Positions 9,795-19,695 of a stretch of DNA of 64,000 nucleotides are shown here, piece by piece; the first letter of the stretch is position 1; each line of letters begins with the position of its first letter. Location: contig DAINMX010000002.1 in assembly GCA_036736205.1 (NCBI GenBank), positions 6,001 to 70,000 on the forward strand, given 5' to 3'. The notes under the pieces are model-generated. The model ran no database searches and was not told where the DNA came from. It saw only the letters and a list, made by a program, of their open reading frames with translations. The translations under genes were made by a program, and so were the position numbers. Origin of the DNA: Myxococcota bacterium (lineage in GTDB: Bacteria; Myxococcota; XYA12-FULL-58-9).

Positions 9795-11705
9795 ATGCGG
9801 CGTCTCCTTAGATTGACAACGGCACTGGCGGTTTTGCTCACGATCGGTTGCAGCGACGACACCTTCACAACCAGCACCGCTCGATTGGACATGCTCGCGT
9901 ACACCCCGGGCCAAGGTTACGGCTGGGTCGACGATGACCAAAGAACCATCGACCTCGGTGATGTCCCCGTCCACGCCACCAAGTGGGCGATCTGGAAACT
10001 CGAAAATCCCAGCCCCATCCCTCTGTTGGTTCGTGAGGTCACCTTCAAGAACGGCGTTGGCCGACGTTGGGGTCCCGCCCGCGCCGTGGTGCTCGAACAG
10101 GCACCCGACCCATCCCGGCCCCTAAACGACAACGCCCGCGCTGATGGCAAAGGCGGAGCTGAACCACCGTTTGCCGTGCCCGCATACGCCGGCGTCGCAC
10201 AAGGACAACCAACCTACCTGCTCGGCGTCGAATACTCCCCGATTGAGCTTGGTGCCCATTCGGTCACTGCGGTCATTCACACCGATGCCGAAAACGCCGG
10301 CCTCGATGGCACCATCGACGCGCTCATTCGCGCCAACGCCGTGTACACGGGAGAACCCGACATCGAAGTAGAATACGCGGGGTTTCGTGGTCCCAATCCA
10401 AGCACCGATTGCACCACGGATGGCATCTGCACCATTCCGGCGAACCAAGGCGTCGATTTTGGCAACATTGGCCTGGGTGGGAGCAGCTCGATCCGATTGC
10501 TGCTGCGCAACCAGTCGGAGTGCACACCCTACGAGGGCACCGACCCCTGCTCTCTGTGCAAACTGACCGTCGCAGCCGACCCTACCCGCCAGAACATCGG
10601 TTTCGGTTTCAAGCCCGGCACCAACGACGCGGAGGTGTTCAAGTTCGCCGGCTCGACCGCGGTGCCCTTTGAAATCCGCCAGCGCAACGTCGCCTGCGGC
10701 GAGAGCGGTGAGCAACGCATCGCCCTGGAGTTCAACGCTCCTACACATGAGGAGGAGTACAGCGCGATCGTCGTCCTCGAGTCCACCGACCCAAATGAGC
10801 CACTCATTGAAATCCCCATTCGTGGCGCAGCCCGCAACGCGCCAGTCGCCATCGCCAAGTTCCGCGAACGTGACCCCACAAACCCGAGTGCACCATTCAC
10901 CGATCCCAGTGGCATCGAGCCGTTGGAGTGGGTCTACTTCGATGGGCGCGACAGTTGGGATCCCGTCAATCCGAACGATCCCGGAAGAATCGCGGGGTAT
11001 CAGTGGGAAATCCTCGAGTACCCTCCCGGCGCGAACCCCGATGACTTCGACCTCCAAGGGATCTATTCGAGCGTCTTTGCCTTCTGGTTGCCGCTCGCGG
11101 GTCACTACGAGGCCCGGTTGCGGGTGTGGAATGTCGATGGCATTGAGAGCGGCGACACCCCCGCAGCGCGTAAGGAGTTCGACGTCATTCCCGGAGACGC
11201 CATACACGTGCAGTTGGTTTGGGATAACCCCACCAACGACCAGGATTTGCACCTGACCTACCTCACCCAAGACGATCGCGTGTGCAACAAGCCGTGGGAT
11301 TGCTACTACGGCAACAGAAAGCCCTTGTGGTTCTCTAGCCCTGCCGGCGAAGGCCCCAATCCTTCATTGGATATCGATGACACCCAGGGCCTCGGGCCCG
11401 AGAACATCAACATCGATGACCCCGAGACTGGGGTCTATCGTGTCTATGTCCACTACTTCGGCGATTTCTCCGGTGGTGCCGACACGCCGACCCGGAACAC
11501 TGTACGAATCTACCTCAACGGTCGCCAAGAGGCCGAGTATCGACGCACCCTCGATAACGAAAAAGACATTTGGGCGGTTGCAGACATCACCTGGCTACCC
11601 AATGGCACCGGTTACGCCACCCCGTATCCACCGGATGCCCAAGGGCAAATCGGCGCAACCGACGTGATGACAAGTTGCACATCGCCCGGATACACATTTC
11701 CCTGA
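9795..11705 (+). CDS. Secreted lipoprotein-like protein, paralogue B of the tandem pair
   Basis: The ORF track starts at a GTG at 9741. The preferred start is the ATG at 9795 (MRRLLRLTTALAVLLTIGCSDD, a lipoprotein-type signal) with GGAGG 5 nt upstream. It shares VYTGEPDIEVEY..., PLIEIPIRGAARNAPVAIA, IHVQLVWDNPTNDQDLHL and DIDDTQGLGPENINIDDPETGVYRVYVHYF with the preceding gene. Confidence 0.7.
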   Translation: MRRLLRLTTALAVLLTIGCSDDTFTTSTARLDMLAYTPGQGYGWVDDDQRTIDLGDVPVHATKWAIWKLENPSPIPLLVREVTFKNGVGRRWGPARAVVLEQAPDPSRPLNDNARADGKGGAEPPFAVPAYAGVAQGQPTYLLGVEYSPIELGAHSVTAVIHTDAENAGLDGTIDALIRANAVYTGEPDIEVEYAGFRGPNPSTDCTTDGICTIPANQGVDFGNIGLGGSSSIRLLLRNQSECTPYEGTDPCSLCKLTVAADPTRQNIGFGFKPGTNDAEVFKFAGSTAVPFEIRQRNVACGESGEQRIALEFNAPTHEEEYSAIVVLESTDPNEPLIEIPIRGAARNAPVAIAKFRERDPTNPSAPFTDPSGIEPLEWVYFDGRDSWDPVNPNDPGRIAGYQWEILEYPPGANPDDFDLQGIYSSVFAFWLPLAGHYEARLRVWNVDGIESGDTPAARKEFDVIPGDAIHVQLVWDNPTNDQDLHLTYLTQDDRVCNKPWDCYYGNRKPLWFSSPAGEGPNPSLDIDDTQGLGPENINIDDPETGVYRVYVHYFGDFSGGADTPTRNTVRIYLNGRQEAEYRRTLDNEKDIWAVADITWLPNGTGYATPYPPDAQGQIGATDVMTSCTSPGYTFP

Positions 11706-11725
11706 CCAACGATCGTGAGGACCCT

Positions 11726-14700
11726 ATGGCAACTTTGACGCGTCTTTCTGTCGTGGCCGCACTGGCCCTGACATCCATCGCCTGTGAGCGCACTTCCAAA
11801 CCCCGAGACGAATGCGAAGTCAACGAGGACTGCAATGGCCAGTATTGCTTGCAGGGAGTGTGCGTCGAGTGCTCGGAGGACAAGCAGTGCGATAAGCATC
11901 GCATATGCGCCACCAACACCTGTGAGCTCCTCGGCGCTGAGCGCGAGAATCAGGCCCAGAACGCCCACGGCAACTGGCGCGGCACCCCTGGGCAACCAGG
12001 CTACGATCCCATCGACACGTGCACCATAAATGAGGACTGTTCCTTTGGCGAGCTCTGCAACCCCTTCACCGCCGGTTGTATCCGCGCCGTCGATTTTACC
12101 GAGACCTGCGACGACGGTACATGCTCAGAGACCGGCCCCAATGGCGAGACCCTCGCTTGCGAGCCACAGAGCGACACCTGTTATCCAGCCCCACGCTGCA
12201 CCACCGACCGGAACTGCGCCGGCTACGATGAGTTCGTCTGCGACCCTGGCAGCGGGGTGTGCCAGTTCCAACAGCGAGAGTGTACACCGCCAACGGCGAG
12301 CGAAACCCAACCATGTCCCTTCTCGCCGCGGCTAACCGACGAGTGCACGGTCCCTGGGCTTTTTTGCTCGCCCTTGGGCCGCTGCGTGCAGTGCACCTGC
12401 AACCTCGATTGTGATGCCAATGGTGGCTTGCCTGTTTGTTACGCTCCCACCGGCCGTTGTGTACGTGAGGACTTCTGCACACGCGCGGGCGAGTGTACCC
12501 CAGACAAATGTGACGGCCCGACCTGTTCCTGTGACCGACGCAACCAGATGTGCCAACCCTACTGCGATCAGGCGGACGACTGCGGCGACAACCAATACTG
12601 CGATACACTGGACAATGTCTGTCGACCCGAGGTTGAGCGCCCTTGCCTTACGGACTCCCTCGAGGGATCACCCAACAACGACCAGAGTAGCAGCGCCGCC
12701 GACTTGCCACTGCCCGCCATGGGTGAAAGCGTCGAGATCCCCGCCGATAGCGACCACGTCCTTTCCCTGTGCGACACCGATACCTACACCGATCACGACG
12801 ACTGGTATGCCTTGGATCTTTCGGCCGGTGACGCCATCCGTATCATCGGTAGCAGCAACGATGGCCTCATAGCCGTCATGACCGCCTTTGCCGCCGATGG
12901 ATTCACCGTCCTCGACACCGGTGCCATCAATCCTATCGTTGGAGATCTATTGCACATCACCGCCGGATTTGACGCGGTCTATTGGGTGCACATCGCCTCT
13001 GGCTACGATGTCGTCGCCGGCGTGCAGTCCACAGGCACGTATCGTTTGAGTGTGACCTTAACCCGCGGCCAGAGCTGCAGCGACGCCTTCGAGGTTAACC
13101 TTGGCCGCAACGACACCCCTGCCGTGGCCACCGTCCTCAACGACGAAACCGCAGGCATCCCCGCCGACTGCACGGGCACTCTCGGTGCTCAACAAATGAT
13201 TGAATGCAAGGACGGCGTTAACATGTGTCTCGGCGACGTCGACTACTATCTCATCAACGCGAGCGCCGGTGCCACCGTGTCCGCAACCATTGACAGTTTT
13301 AGCAACAACCTCGATCTGCACTTGTATGGTCCATTCGCTCACGGCGAGGTTCCATCCTTGTCACCACAAGCCGACTATTCCACCGGACCCGGCGTAAGCA
13401 GCGAAGCCGTCATGGCAGCGACCCGCGCCGCGGGCTCATTTCTGCTCCGGGTGAGCCGCACGAGCGGCGAGGCGAGTGTTTACAGCCTCGCCGTCGAAGT
13501 ACTGGCCGGACCCGTTTGCAGCGAAGACCGCTTCGATGACGAGTCGGGTGAGTCGGGCAGCACCGGCGACCCCGCCTCCATGTCGCCATTCATCGAAGAC
13601 CCCGCTAGCCTAAACGACACCCTTACCACCGCGACGTTCATTGATGTCGACCCGAGTTCGGCTGCAACACTCACGGTCGCCACGGATGAAACCACGCCTC
13701 TCACACTGTGCGGCGGGGACGTCGACTGGTTCCGACTCGGTGCCCAGGGGACCGACCGCCTCGTCAATGTCGATGCCGGCCTGCGAATCACCGGACACCT
13801 GACGGTGTCGAGCCTCGAGGAGGGCGACAAAGTGTTCGTGAGCGTCGGCAGCTCGAGTGAAGCGATGCAGCTCGACGAAGACGACTCCACGGCGTTCACC
13901 ATCTCGGTGACAAATGGTGGCCCCCTGTACCTGCGTGTCTACGGTGCACCGACAAACATCGGCGCGGTGGCCTACACCATTGAGATTGGGACGATCGCGC
14001 CCGAGTGCGCCCCCGACAACCGCGGCGATACCACAACATTGAGTAATGACGACCCCAACGATGCCTATGCGCTCATCGCCAGTGATGGTTGGCCCACGAT
14101 CTTGGGCGACCCTGCTCACGAAGAGACCGCCTTGTCGTTGTGTACCCGCCTCGACGGCACATCGTTGGTCCGCGACATCGATTGGTACACCATCGGTGTG
14201 CCAGCGGGCTCCGAGGTCGCCGCGACCGTGCACTACGATGCCAGCGAATCGGAAGCCAACCTGACGTTGTTCGCATCCTCCGTCCTCAACGCCACAAATC
14301 TCGACTCGCCGAACGAGATCCCCAACACCGGCCTGCTTGTCGAGAGCGTCGTCAACGGGCTCGGCACGGAGCGCGCCCGAGTCAACGCCACGGGGACCAT
14401 CTACATTCGCGTCGGCAACGAAAGCGGTTGGCCCATCTCCCATTACAGCCTCGAAGTGCGCCTGCTGCCCCTCGCTTGCACCGAGGACGAGCACGAACCC
14501 AACCAGTCCTGGGATCCAGGCGTTGCCATGCCGTTGTCGATGGCGAGTGTAGAGCCGCCTATCGAGACCGGCACCCTCGACGAGCTCAGCATCTGCACGG
14601 GTGCCGACCGGGATTGGTACACCGTGCCACTCGGCATTGGCGACGAGATCACCGCGACGTTGTTCTCCCATCCCACAGAGGGAGAGATCGATTTCTATCT

Positions 14701-15244
14701 GTACCGTCCCGGCCCCGCGGGCGTACAAGATCTGAACACCTTCATTACCCACAAGGCGGTCACATCGGAGGTCACAACCCTCAACCACAAAGTCGCCGCG
14801 AGCGGCCCCGTGGGCGACTATCTCCTGCAGGTCCGCCCCGAGGGATCCGGCCCCTTTGCCAACCGTTACGCCCTCGAAACCCGTGTCGCCCGCGAGTGCA
14901 TCGATGACAGCTTTGAGGATTTCTCCCTCCTCGTGCTCGGTAACCACTACCCGGAGCTGCAATTGTGTGGGGACGAGGATTGGTTCACCTTCGTCCCAAA
15001 CGGCGCCGGGGATGTCACCGTCTGCGCCCTCTTCTCCCACGCCGCGGGCAACATCGATCTGTTTGTCTACGACGAACTCGACCCGCCATCAATTATCCGT
15101 GGTGCGCAGAGCCTGACCGATGATGAGCGCGCCTCTTTCCAGGCTGTGGCAGACGTGAGCTACTACGTCCGCGTGTTCACGCCGACCCCGGTCAACACCG
15201 CCTACGAGCTGCATGTGCTGTGGGGCGACGTCCCCTGCCCATAA
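11726..15244 (+). CDS. Large secreted protein (1173 aa): N-terminal Cys-rich modules followed by about six pre-peptidase C-terminal (PPC)-type domains
   Basis: Start set at the ATG at 11726 (MATLTRLSVVAALALTSIAC) with GAGG 7 nt upstream; the ORF-track 5' extension overlaps the previous gene. The Cys-rich region resembles CNGQYCLQGVCVECSEDKQCDKHRIC. Repeated PPC signatures are DHDDWYALDLSAGD, GDVDYYLINASAG...LDLHLYG, GGDVDWFRLGAQG, RDIDWYTIGVPAG, ADRDWYTVPLGIGD...IDFYLY and GDEDWFTFVPNGAG...IDLFVYD. Confidence 0.75.
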   Translation: MATLTRLSVVAALALTSIACERTSKPRDECEVNEDCNGQYCLQGVCVECSEDKQCDKHRICATNTCELLGAERENQAQNAHGNWRGTPGQPGYDPIDTCTINEDCSFGELCNPFTAGCIRAVDFTETCDDGTCSETGPNGETLACEPQSDTCYPAPRCTTDRNCAGYDEFVCDPGSGVCQFQQRECTPPTASETQPCPFSPRLTDECTVPGLFCSPLGRCVQCTCNLDCDANGGLPVCYAPTGRCVREDFCTRAGECTPDKCDGPTCSCDRRNQMCQPYCDQADDCGDNQYCDTLDNVCRPEVERPCLTDSLEGSPNNDQSSSAADLPLPAMGESVEIPADSDHVLSLCDTDTYTDHDDWYALDLSAGDAIRIIGSSNDGLIAVMTAFAADGFTVLDTGAINPIVGDLLHITAGFDAVYWVHIASGYDVVAGVQSTGTYRLSVTLTRGQSCSDAFEVNLGRNDTPAVATVLNDETAGIPADCTGTLGAQQMIECKDGVNMCLGDVDYYLINASAGATVSATIDSFSNNLDLHLYGPFAHGEVPSLSPQADYSTGPGVSSEAVMAATRAAGSFLLRVSRTSGEASVYSLAVEVLAGPVCSEDRFDDESGESGSTGDPASMSPFIEDPASLNDTLTTATFIDVDPSSAATLTVATDETTPLTLCGGDVDWFRLGAQGTDRLVNVDAGLRITGHLTVSSLEEGDKVFVSVGSSSEAMQLDEDDSTAFTISVTNGGPLYLRVYGAPTNIGAVAYTIEIGTIAPECAPDNRGDTTTLSNDDPNDAYALIASDGWPTILGDPAHEETALSLCTRLDGTSLVRDIDWYTIGVPAGSEVAATVHYDASESEANLTLFASSVLNATNLDSPNEIPNTGLLVESVVNGLGTERARVNATGTIYIRVGNESGWPISHYSLEVRLLPLACTEDEHEPNQSWDPGVAMPLSMASVEPPIETGTLDELSICTGADRDWYTVPLGIGDEITATLFSHPTEGEIDFYLYRPGPAGVQDLNTFITHKAVTSEVTTLNHKVAASGPVGDYLLQVRPEGSGPFANRYALETRVARECIDDSFEDFSLLVLGNHYPELQLCGDEDWFTFVPNGAGDVTVCALFSHAAGNIDLFVYDELDPPSIIRGAQSLTDDERASFQAVADVSYYVRVFTPTPVNTAYELHVLWGDVPCP

Positions 15245-15430
15245 CCCAAGGCAATGGCCTGCATGAGAGCGTGGCGAAGTTGTTTGGATCGAATCTCCCA
15301 GATTGCCCATGTCTCTCTCCGGGAATAGGCAAATCACATCTCGGACACAGGAACCCTCGTCCGCCCCATCATTGCGACACAGGGCAACCCTATTTTGATA
15401 ACCGGATTGACCAGATTGATCGATGCCTGT

Positions 15431-15460
15431 TGCCCGTATGCGGCACGCCGTCCTATAGTC
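15431..15460 (+). promoter_or_regulatory. Candidate sigma70-like promoter for ftsEX (TTGCCC-N18-TATAGT), -10 only about 10 nt from the ATG (leaderless-type)
   Basis: Read directly: ttgccc gtatgcggcacgccgtcc tatagt ctcaccgactc ATG. Not verified experimentally. Confidence 0.3.
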
Positions 15461-15470
15461 TCACCGACTC

Positions 15471-16127
15471 ATGATTCAATTGTTCCATGTCTACAAGACC
15501 TTCAGTGGCGACCAGCAAGCGTTGGTGGACATTACGATGGAGATCGAGAAAGGTGAGTTCGTGTACCTTGCCGGTGCATCTGGAGCGGGTAAATCAACGC
15601 TGCTCAAACTGATGTTCTGCGCTCTGCGTCCCACTCGCGGTCAGCTGCTGGTCAACGGTCGCAATGTCGCCCGATTGGGAACCAAGGCCATTGCCTACCT
15701 GCGACGTAACATTGGCGTGGTCTTCCAAGACTTCAAGCTGCTCCCTCGCCTCACGGTGGAAGAGAACGTGGCCATCGCCCGCGAGATCACCGGAGCTCCC
15801 CGTCGGGATATTCGCAGACAGACGTACTCGATTCTCAAAGAGGTGGGGCTCGCGCACAAACTGCATCAGCTACCACCCCGACTTTCTGGTGGAGAGCAAC
15901 AACGGGTAGCCATCGCTCGAGCTCTCGTCAATGAGCCACAGATCCTCCTCGCTGACGAACCCACGGGCAACCTCGATGAGGAACGTTCCGCAGAGATCAT
16001 GGGCCTGCTGGAACAGGCAAACAATCGCGGTACAACTGTCGTCGTCGCCACCCACGATCGCAACCTTCTCGAGTCGGCGAATCGGCGAGTCATCACCCTG
16101 GAAGATGGCCGCGTGGCGGAACGATGA
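15471..16127 (+). CDS. ftsE: Cell-division ABC transporter ATP-binding protein FtsE
   Basis: Walker [11 protein letters not shown]-loop, ABC signature [15 protein letters not shown], Walker [13 protein letters not shown]; 218 aa. It is followed by ftsX with an ATGA overlap. Confidence 0.9.
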   Translation: MIQLFHVYKTFSGDQQALVDITMEIEKGEFVYLAGASGAGKSTLLKLMFCALRPTRGQLLVNGRNVARLGTKAIAYLRRNIGVVFQDFKLLPRLTVEENVAIAREITGAPRRDIRRQTYSILKEVGLAHKLHQLPPRLSGGEQQRVAIARALVNEPQILLADEPTGNLDEERSAEIMGLLEQANNRGTTVVVATHDRNLLESANRRVITLEDGRVAER

Positions 16128-17029
16128 TGCGGCGGCTTTTCTACTTCGCGGGCAAAGGTTTCCGATCTGTCCGGGATTCTCCCGGAATCAGCCTCCTCAC
16201 TGCCGGAACCGTCGGGGCCACTCTATTCGTCGCGGGACTGTACGTGATGGCACTGCAGAACCTGGAAGGATTGGCGCTCATCTGGGGCCGGACAGCAACA
16301 TTGACCGCCTACATCGACGACGCCGTTCCTCCAGAAGGTCGCGAACCTTTGCGGGCCAGACTCGAAGCATTCGAACAAGTCGAGCATGCAGTTCTCGTCA
16401 GCCCGATCGAGGCGCTGGAGCGCTTCAAAGCACGAGGGGCGTCTGCGGCTGCCCTCGTTGAGGGCGTCTCGGAAGAGATTCTACCCGCCTCCATTGAGCT
16501 TCAACTCGAAGGCGGGTTCGCGGATCTCACCGCCGTCGAAAAGCTCGCCTTGCAGACTCGCGAATTGCCAGGAGTAACAGACGTCGACTACGGGCAGCAG
16601 GAGCTAGAACGCCTGCAAACCCTCCTCGATCTGTTGCGAATGGGGGGACTCATTGCTGGAATCCTCATCGCGATTGCGACCGCGTTCATCGTCTCCAACA
16701 CCATTCGCCTCACGGTATATGCTCGTCGCGACGAGATCATCATTCTGCGACTCGTCGGTGCCACCAACGGCTTCATTCGCACACCTTATCTTTTCGAAGG
16801 TCTGATCTGGGGACTTGCTGGTGGGGGCGCGTCTGCGTTGATGATGTGGCTCGCGGATGTTAGTCTTGCTCCGCAGATCAGCATTGCAGTCGCCAATGTC
16901 GTTGGCGGTCTCAATATTCATCTTTTCAATCTCGAGGTTGCGGGAATTCTAGTTGTTGCGGGCGTGTTCCTCGGTGTGTTTGGCAGCGGCCTGGCGGTTG
17001 GACGGTTCATTGACCAGGAGACCTCGTGA
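16124..17029 (+). CDS. ftsX: Cell-division permease-like protein FtsX
   Basis: 301 aa with an N-terminal TM helix, a periplasmic domain and three C-terminal TM helices (FtsX fold, e.g. [21 protein letters not shown]). It is operonic with ftsE. Confidence 0.85.
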   Translation: MMRRLFYFAGKGFRSVRDSPGISLLTAGTVGATLFVAGLYVMALQNLEGLALIWGRTATLTAYIDDAVPPEGREPLRARLEAFEQVEHAVLVSPIEALERFKARGASAAALVEGVSEEILPASIELQLEGGFADLTAVEKLALQTRELPGVTDVDYGQQELERLQTLLDLLRMGGLIAGILIAIATAFIVSNTIRLTVYARRDEIIILRLVGATNGFIRTPYLFEGLIWGLAGGGASALMMWLADVSLAPQISIAVANVVGGLNIHLFNLEVAGILVVAGVFLGVFGSGLAVGRFIDQETS

Positions 17030-18042
17030 CTCTCTGGCTCCTCATTCTCATCGCGGCGACGTCAAACGAGCGCTCTATCATGGGGGAGCTTGAGCACATC
17101 GACAGGACCCTTGCGAAGGCCGAGACCCGCTTGGCAGAGATTGCCGCAGAGCACGGCGGCGCCGAGAAAGAACTCGCTCATCTCGAAGCCGAGCTCGCCT
17201 CGACACGACTGCGAAAAGGCGAGGCCTTGGAACAATTTCGCCGAAGAGTACGTGCTCTCGCTCGCATGCCCGCGGGTGCCCGGCTCGCTCTGTTGGGCGG
17301 TTCTCGCTCATTGTCTGACTATCTGGAAACCACCCGAGTGCTCCGCTGGGTCGCGACTCACGATCGGGATCTGCACCAACACTACATCACGGAGGCCAAC
17401 AAGCTACAGAACCTCGAGACCGCCATGCGGCGCAGACGGGACCGCCTGCAGACGCTCGAGGACGAACAACGCACAGCGCGGGATCTCCTCGCAGCCCAAC
17501 GCCAACAACGTTTTGCGCTGGCCGAATCCATCATCAACCGCCATGACATAGCCGCGCGCGTGGCCGTGGAGAAGACCAAAGCCGGTCGCGAACTCGCACA
17601 ATTGGTGCGCAAGCTCAATCCTGCAGGTACGCAAAGTGGAAATTTCGCAAACAACAAGAGACGCTTTCCCTGGCCGGCCGCAGGTCTCGTTGACGTGGGC
17701 TTTGGCCAAGTCGTCGACCATGGCAGCGGCTCAACCACCACTCACAACGGTCTCGACATCCGCGCCGCTGCGGGGGCACAGGTGCAAGCGATAGCCAAGG
17801 GGCGGGTGGTCTTTGCCGATTGGTTGCGTGGTTACGGCAGAGTCGTCATCATCGACCACGGCAATAAATACCATACTCTCTGTGCCCACTTGGCAGAAAT
17901 CACCGTTGCCACTGGCGACGTGGTCGAAACCAGCACGCCTATCGGAACTGTGGGGGACACCGGTTCGCTTCGAGGAACTGTTCTCTACTTCGAAATTCGC
18001 CACGGCGGAACACCCATCAATCCATCCGAGTGGCTGCGGTAA
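17026..18042 (+). CDS. M23 family metallopeptidase with N-terminal coiled coil (EnvC-like murein hydrolase activator)
   Basis: Coiled-coil region (LAKAETRLAEIAAEHGGAEKELAHLEAELAS...). The C-terminal LytM/M23 motifs are GLDIRAAAGAQVQAIAKGRVVFA, GYGRVVIIDHGNKYHTLCAHL and GDTGSLRGTVLYFEIRHGGTPINP. It overlaps the ftsX stop. Confidence 0.8.
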   Translation: MTLWLLILIAATSNERSIMGELEHIDRTLAKAETRLAEIAAEHGGAEKELAHLEAELASTRLRKGEALEQFRRRVRALARMPAGARLALLGGSRSLSDYLETTRVLRWVATHDRDLHQHYITEANKLQNLETAMRRRRDRLQTLEDEQRTARDLLAAQRQQRFALAESIINRHDIAARVAVEKTKAGRELAQLVRKLNPAGTQSGNFANNKRRFPWPAAGLVDVGFGQVVDHGSGSTTTHNGLDIRAAAGAQVQAIAKGRVVFADWLRGYGRVVIIDHGNKYHTLCAHLAEITVATGDVVETSTPIGTVGDTGSLRGTVLYFEIRHGGTPINPSEWLR

Positions 18043-18055
18043 ACAATGGGAGCAT

Positions 18056-19192
18056 AGGATGAAAGCTGTTTGGCGGGCGTTCCACAAGGGAGGGTGGCTT
18101 GTCGCCGGGTTGGTTTTGGGCAGCACCATCTCAACCGCGGTGGCCAATGACCGGGTGGAGACCCTGTATCGCAAGTTAGAAGTGCTCGCGGAGGTTTTGG
18201 GTCAAATCGAAAACCACTACGTCGACTCGATATCCCCACAAGATCTCGTTTATGGTGCCGCGCGCGGCGCTGTGGCGGAGCTCGACGACCACTCCGCATT
18301 CTTTACACCTGAAGAATACCGCGAGCTCATTGACGTCACCGAAGGTGAGTACGCGGGAATCGGCGTCGAGTTGTCCACCCGTGACAATGCCATCGAGGTT
18401 GTCGCCGTCTTCGACGGCTCTCCCGCACAGCGAGCAGGGATGCAAGTCGGCTCCAGAATCCTGCGTGTTGATGACGAGACCTTTGATGGCCGAAACATTG
18501 AGGCCGTTCACGCAAGCCTGCGCGGAGCGCCGGGAACCAAGGTAGTGCTCACCGTCCTCGCCCCTGATCGAGACGACCCCTGGACTTTTACCCTCGTTCG
18601 TCGCTGGATTCGAGTCGCCCCCATTGAAGCACGCCCTGTGCTCCCTGGCGTGGAGTACGTTCACATCAAGAGTTTTGCCCGGCGGATCGCCACCGATCTG
18701 GACGCGCAACTCGCGCGACGGCCCCCCAAGAGTGGCCTTGTCATCGACCTGCGCGGGAACCCCGGTGGCCTGTTCGACGAGGCCATTGCCGTGAGTGACC
18801 TCTTCCTCAGTGAAGGGCCGATTGTCTCCGTCACGGGCAAGAGCGGTCGCGTTATCGAGCAACATGCCGCCCACGAACGTGGGACTCAGCCCAACTATCC
18901 CATCGCCATACTCATCGACAACGGCAGCGCCTCAGCCGCTGAGATCGTCGCAGGTGCCTTGCACGACCGCGGTCGCGCTCGCCTATTCGGTGAACGCTCA
19001 TACGGGAAAGGCTCGGTCCAAAGCATTCTCGACCTCTCGGACGGCTCAGGGCTCAAGCTCACCGTCGCCAGATATTTCACTCCATCGGGCCAGCAGATCG
19101 ATAGCAAGGGTATCGAACCTGACGATGCTGTACCTGCGCAGCAGAACTCCGATACCGTCCTCGACGCTGCCCTCGACTGGCTCTCTGACTGA
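18056..19192 (+). CDS. ctpA: Carboxy-terminal processing protease (S41 family, PDZ domain)
   Basis: Start at the ATG at 18056 (MKAVWRAFHKGGWLVAGLVLG) with GGGAG upstream; the ORF-track 5' extension overlaps the M23 gene. PDZ motif GIGVEL...VVAVFDGSPAQRAGMQVGSRILRVDD and S41 motifs DLRGNPGGL and GSASAAEIVAGAL are present. Confidence 0.85.
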   Translation, partial: RMKAVWRAFHKGGWLVAGLVLGSTISTAVANDRVETLYRKLEVLAEVLGQIENHYVDSISPQDLVYGAARGAVAELDDHSAFFTPEEYRELIDVTEGEYAGIGVELSTRDNAIEVVAVFDGSPAQRAGMQVGSRILRVDDETFDGRNIEAVHASLRGAPGTKVVLTVLAPDRDDPWTFTLVRRWIRVAPIEARPVLPGVEYVHIKSFARRIATDLDAQLARRPPKSGLVIDLRGNPGGLFDEAIAVSDLFLSEGPIVSVTGKSGRVIEQHAAHERGTQPNYPIAILIDNGSASAAEIVAGALHDRGRARLFGERSYGKGSVQSILDLSDGSGLKLTVARYFTPSGQQIDSKGIEPDDAVPAQQNSDTVLDAALDWLSD

Positions 19193-19197
19193 AGCGC

Positions 19198-19222
19198 CGA
19201 TCAGTTTGTTCTGAAAACTGAT
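19198..19222. terminator. 9-bp-stem hairpin (GATCAGTTT-gttctga-AAACTGATC) at the convergent junction of ctpA (+) and the 19201-19644 gene (-)
   Basis: Inverted repeat read directly from sequence. It overlaps the last codons of the minus-strand gene. No U-tract follows, so this is at most an intrinsic-terminator-like structure. Confidence 0.3.
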
Positions 19223-19644
19223 CGCCTGTCGCTCGGCAAATCCCCCACTGCATCGTCTGCAGCCTCGACGCCACCATTGACCTGATAGAGATAGCAAGCG
19301 TTGGACAACAAAGACGACGTCGCCGTTACTCGCGCTTGCATGCCACTTGGCTCAAAGATCACGTTCGCCTGAGCTGTTGCGGTACACCCGGCTTCGTTAG
19401 GGGTGAGGCAGGACGGACTGGGCGAGCCGAGACAAGTGAGGCTGATCTCCCTGGCGGCTGCACTCGGATCAGCAACCTCATGGCTGAACGCCAACAAACC
19501 CTGCACATCTACCGAAATGGCCACGGAGCCGTTCGGCGGATAGAAGTCGACTGACATAACCTCGGGAACAGTTATGTCGGGCTCGCCACAGGCGACTCCC
19601 AGCGCCATTAATATAACAACGCAGCTCAGGGATCGTTTTGCCAT
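19201..19644 (-). CDS. Small exported protein (147 aa) with N-terminal signal peptide, hypothetical
   Basis: MAKRSLSCVVILMALGVACGEPD has a signal or lipoprotein-like N-terminus. No recognisable domain. Confidence 0.5.
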   Translation of the reverse strand: MAKRSLSCVVILMALGVACGEPDITVPEVMSVDFYPPNGSVAISVDVQGLLAFSHEVADPSAAAREISLTCLGSPSPSCLTPNEAGCTATAQANVIFEPSGMQARVTATSSLLSNACYLYQVNGGVEAADDAVGDLPSDRRSVFRTN

Positions 19645-19695
19645 AGCTGGTAGATATCCTCCGCCGCCACTGTGTTCAAGATGATTGTCGATCTC

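Noticed and set aside
13610-15040. 476-aa minus-strand ORF (similar cases: 10122-11270, 35294-36358, 28289-29431, 22132-22932, 23417-24193, 476-1567, 62981-63919)
   Set aside because: All lie antisense to genes with strong, recognisable domain content. Their translations are Arg/Gly/Ala-rich with no motifs, the usual shadow ORFs of a 65% GC genome.
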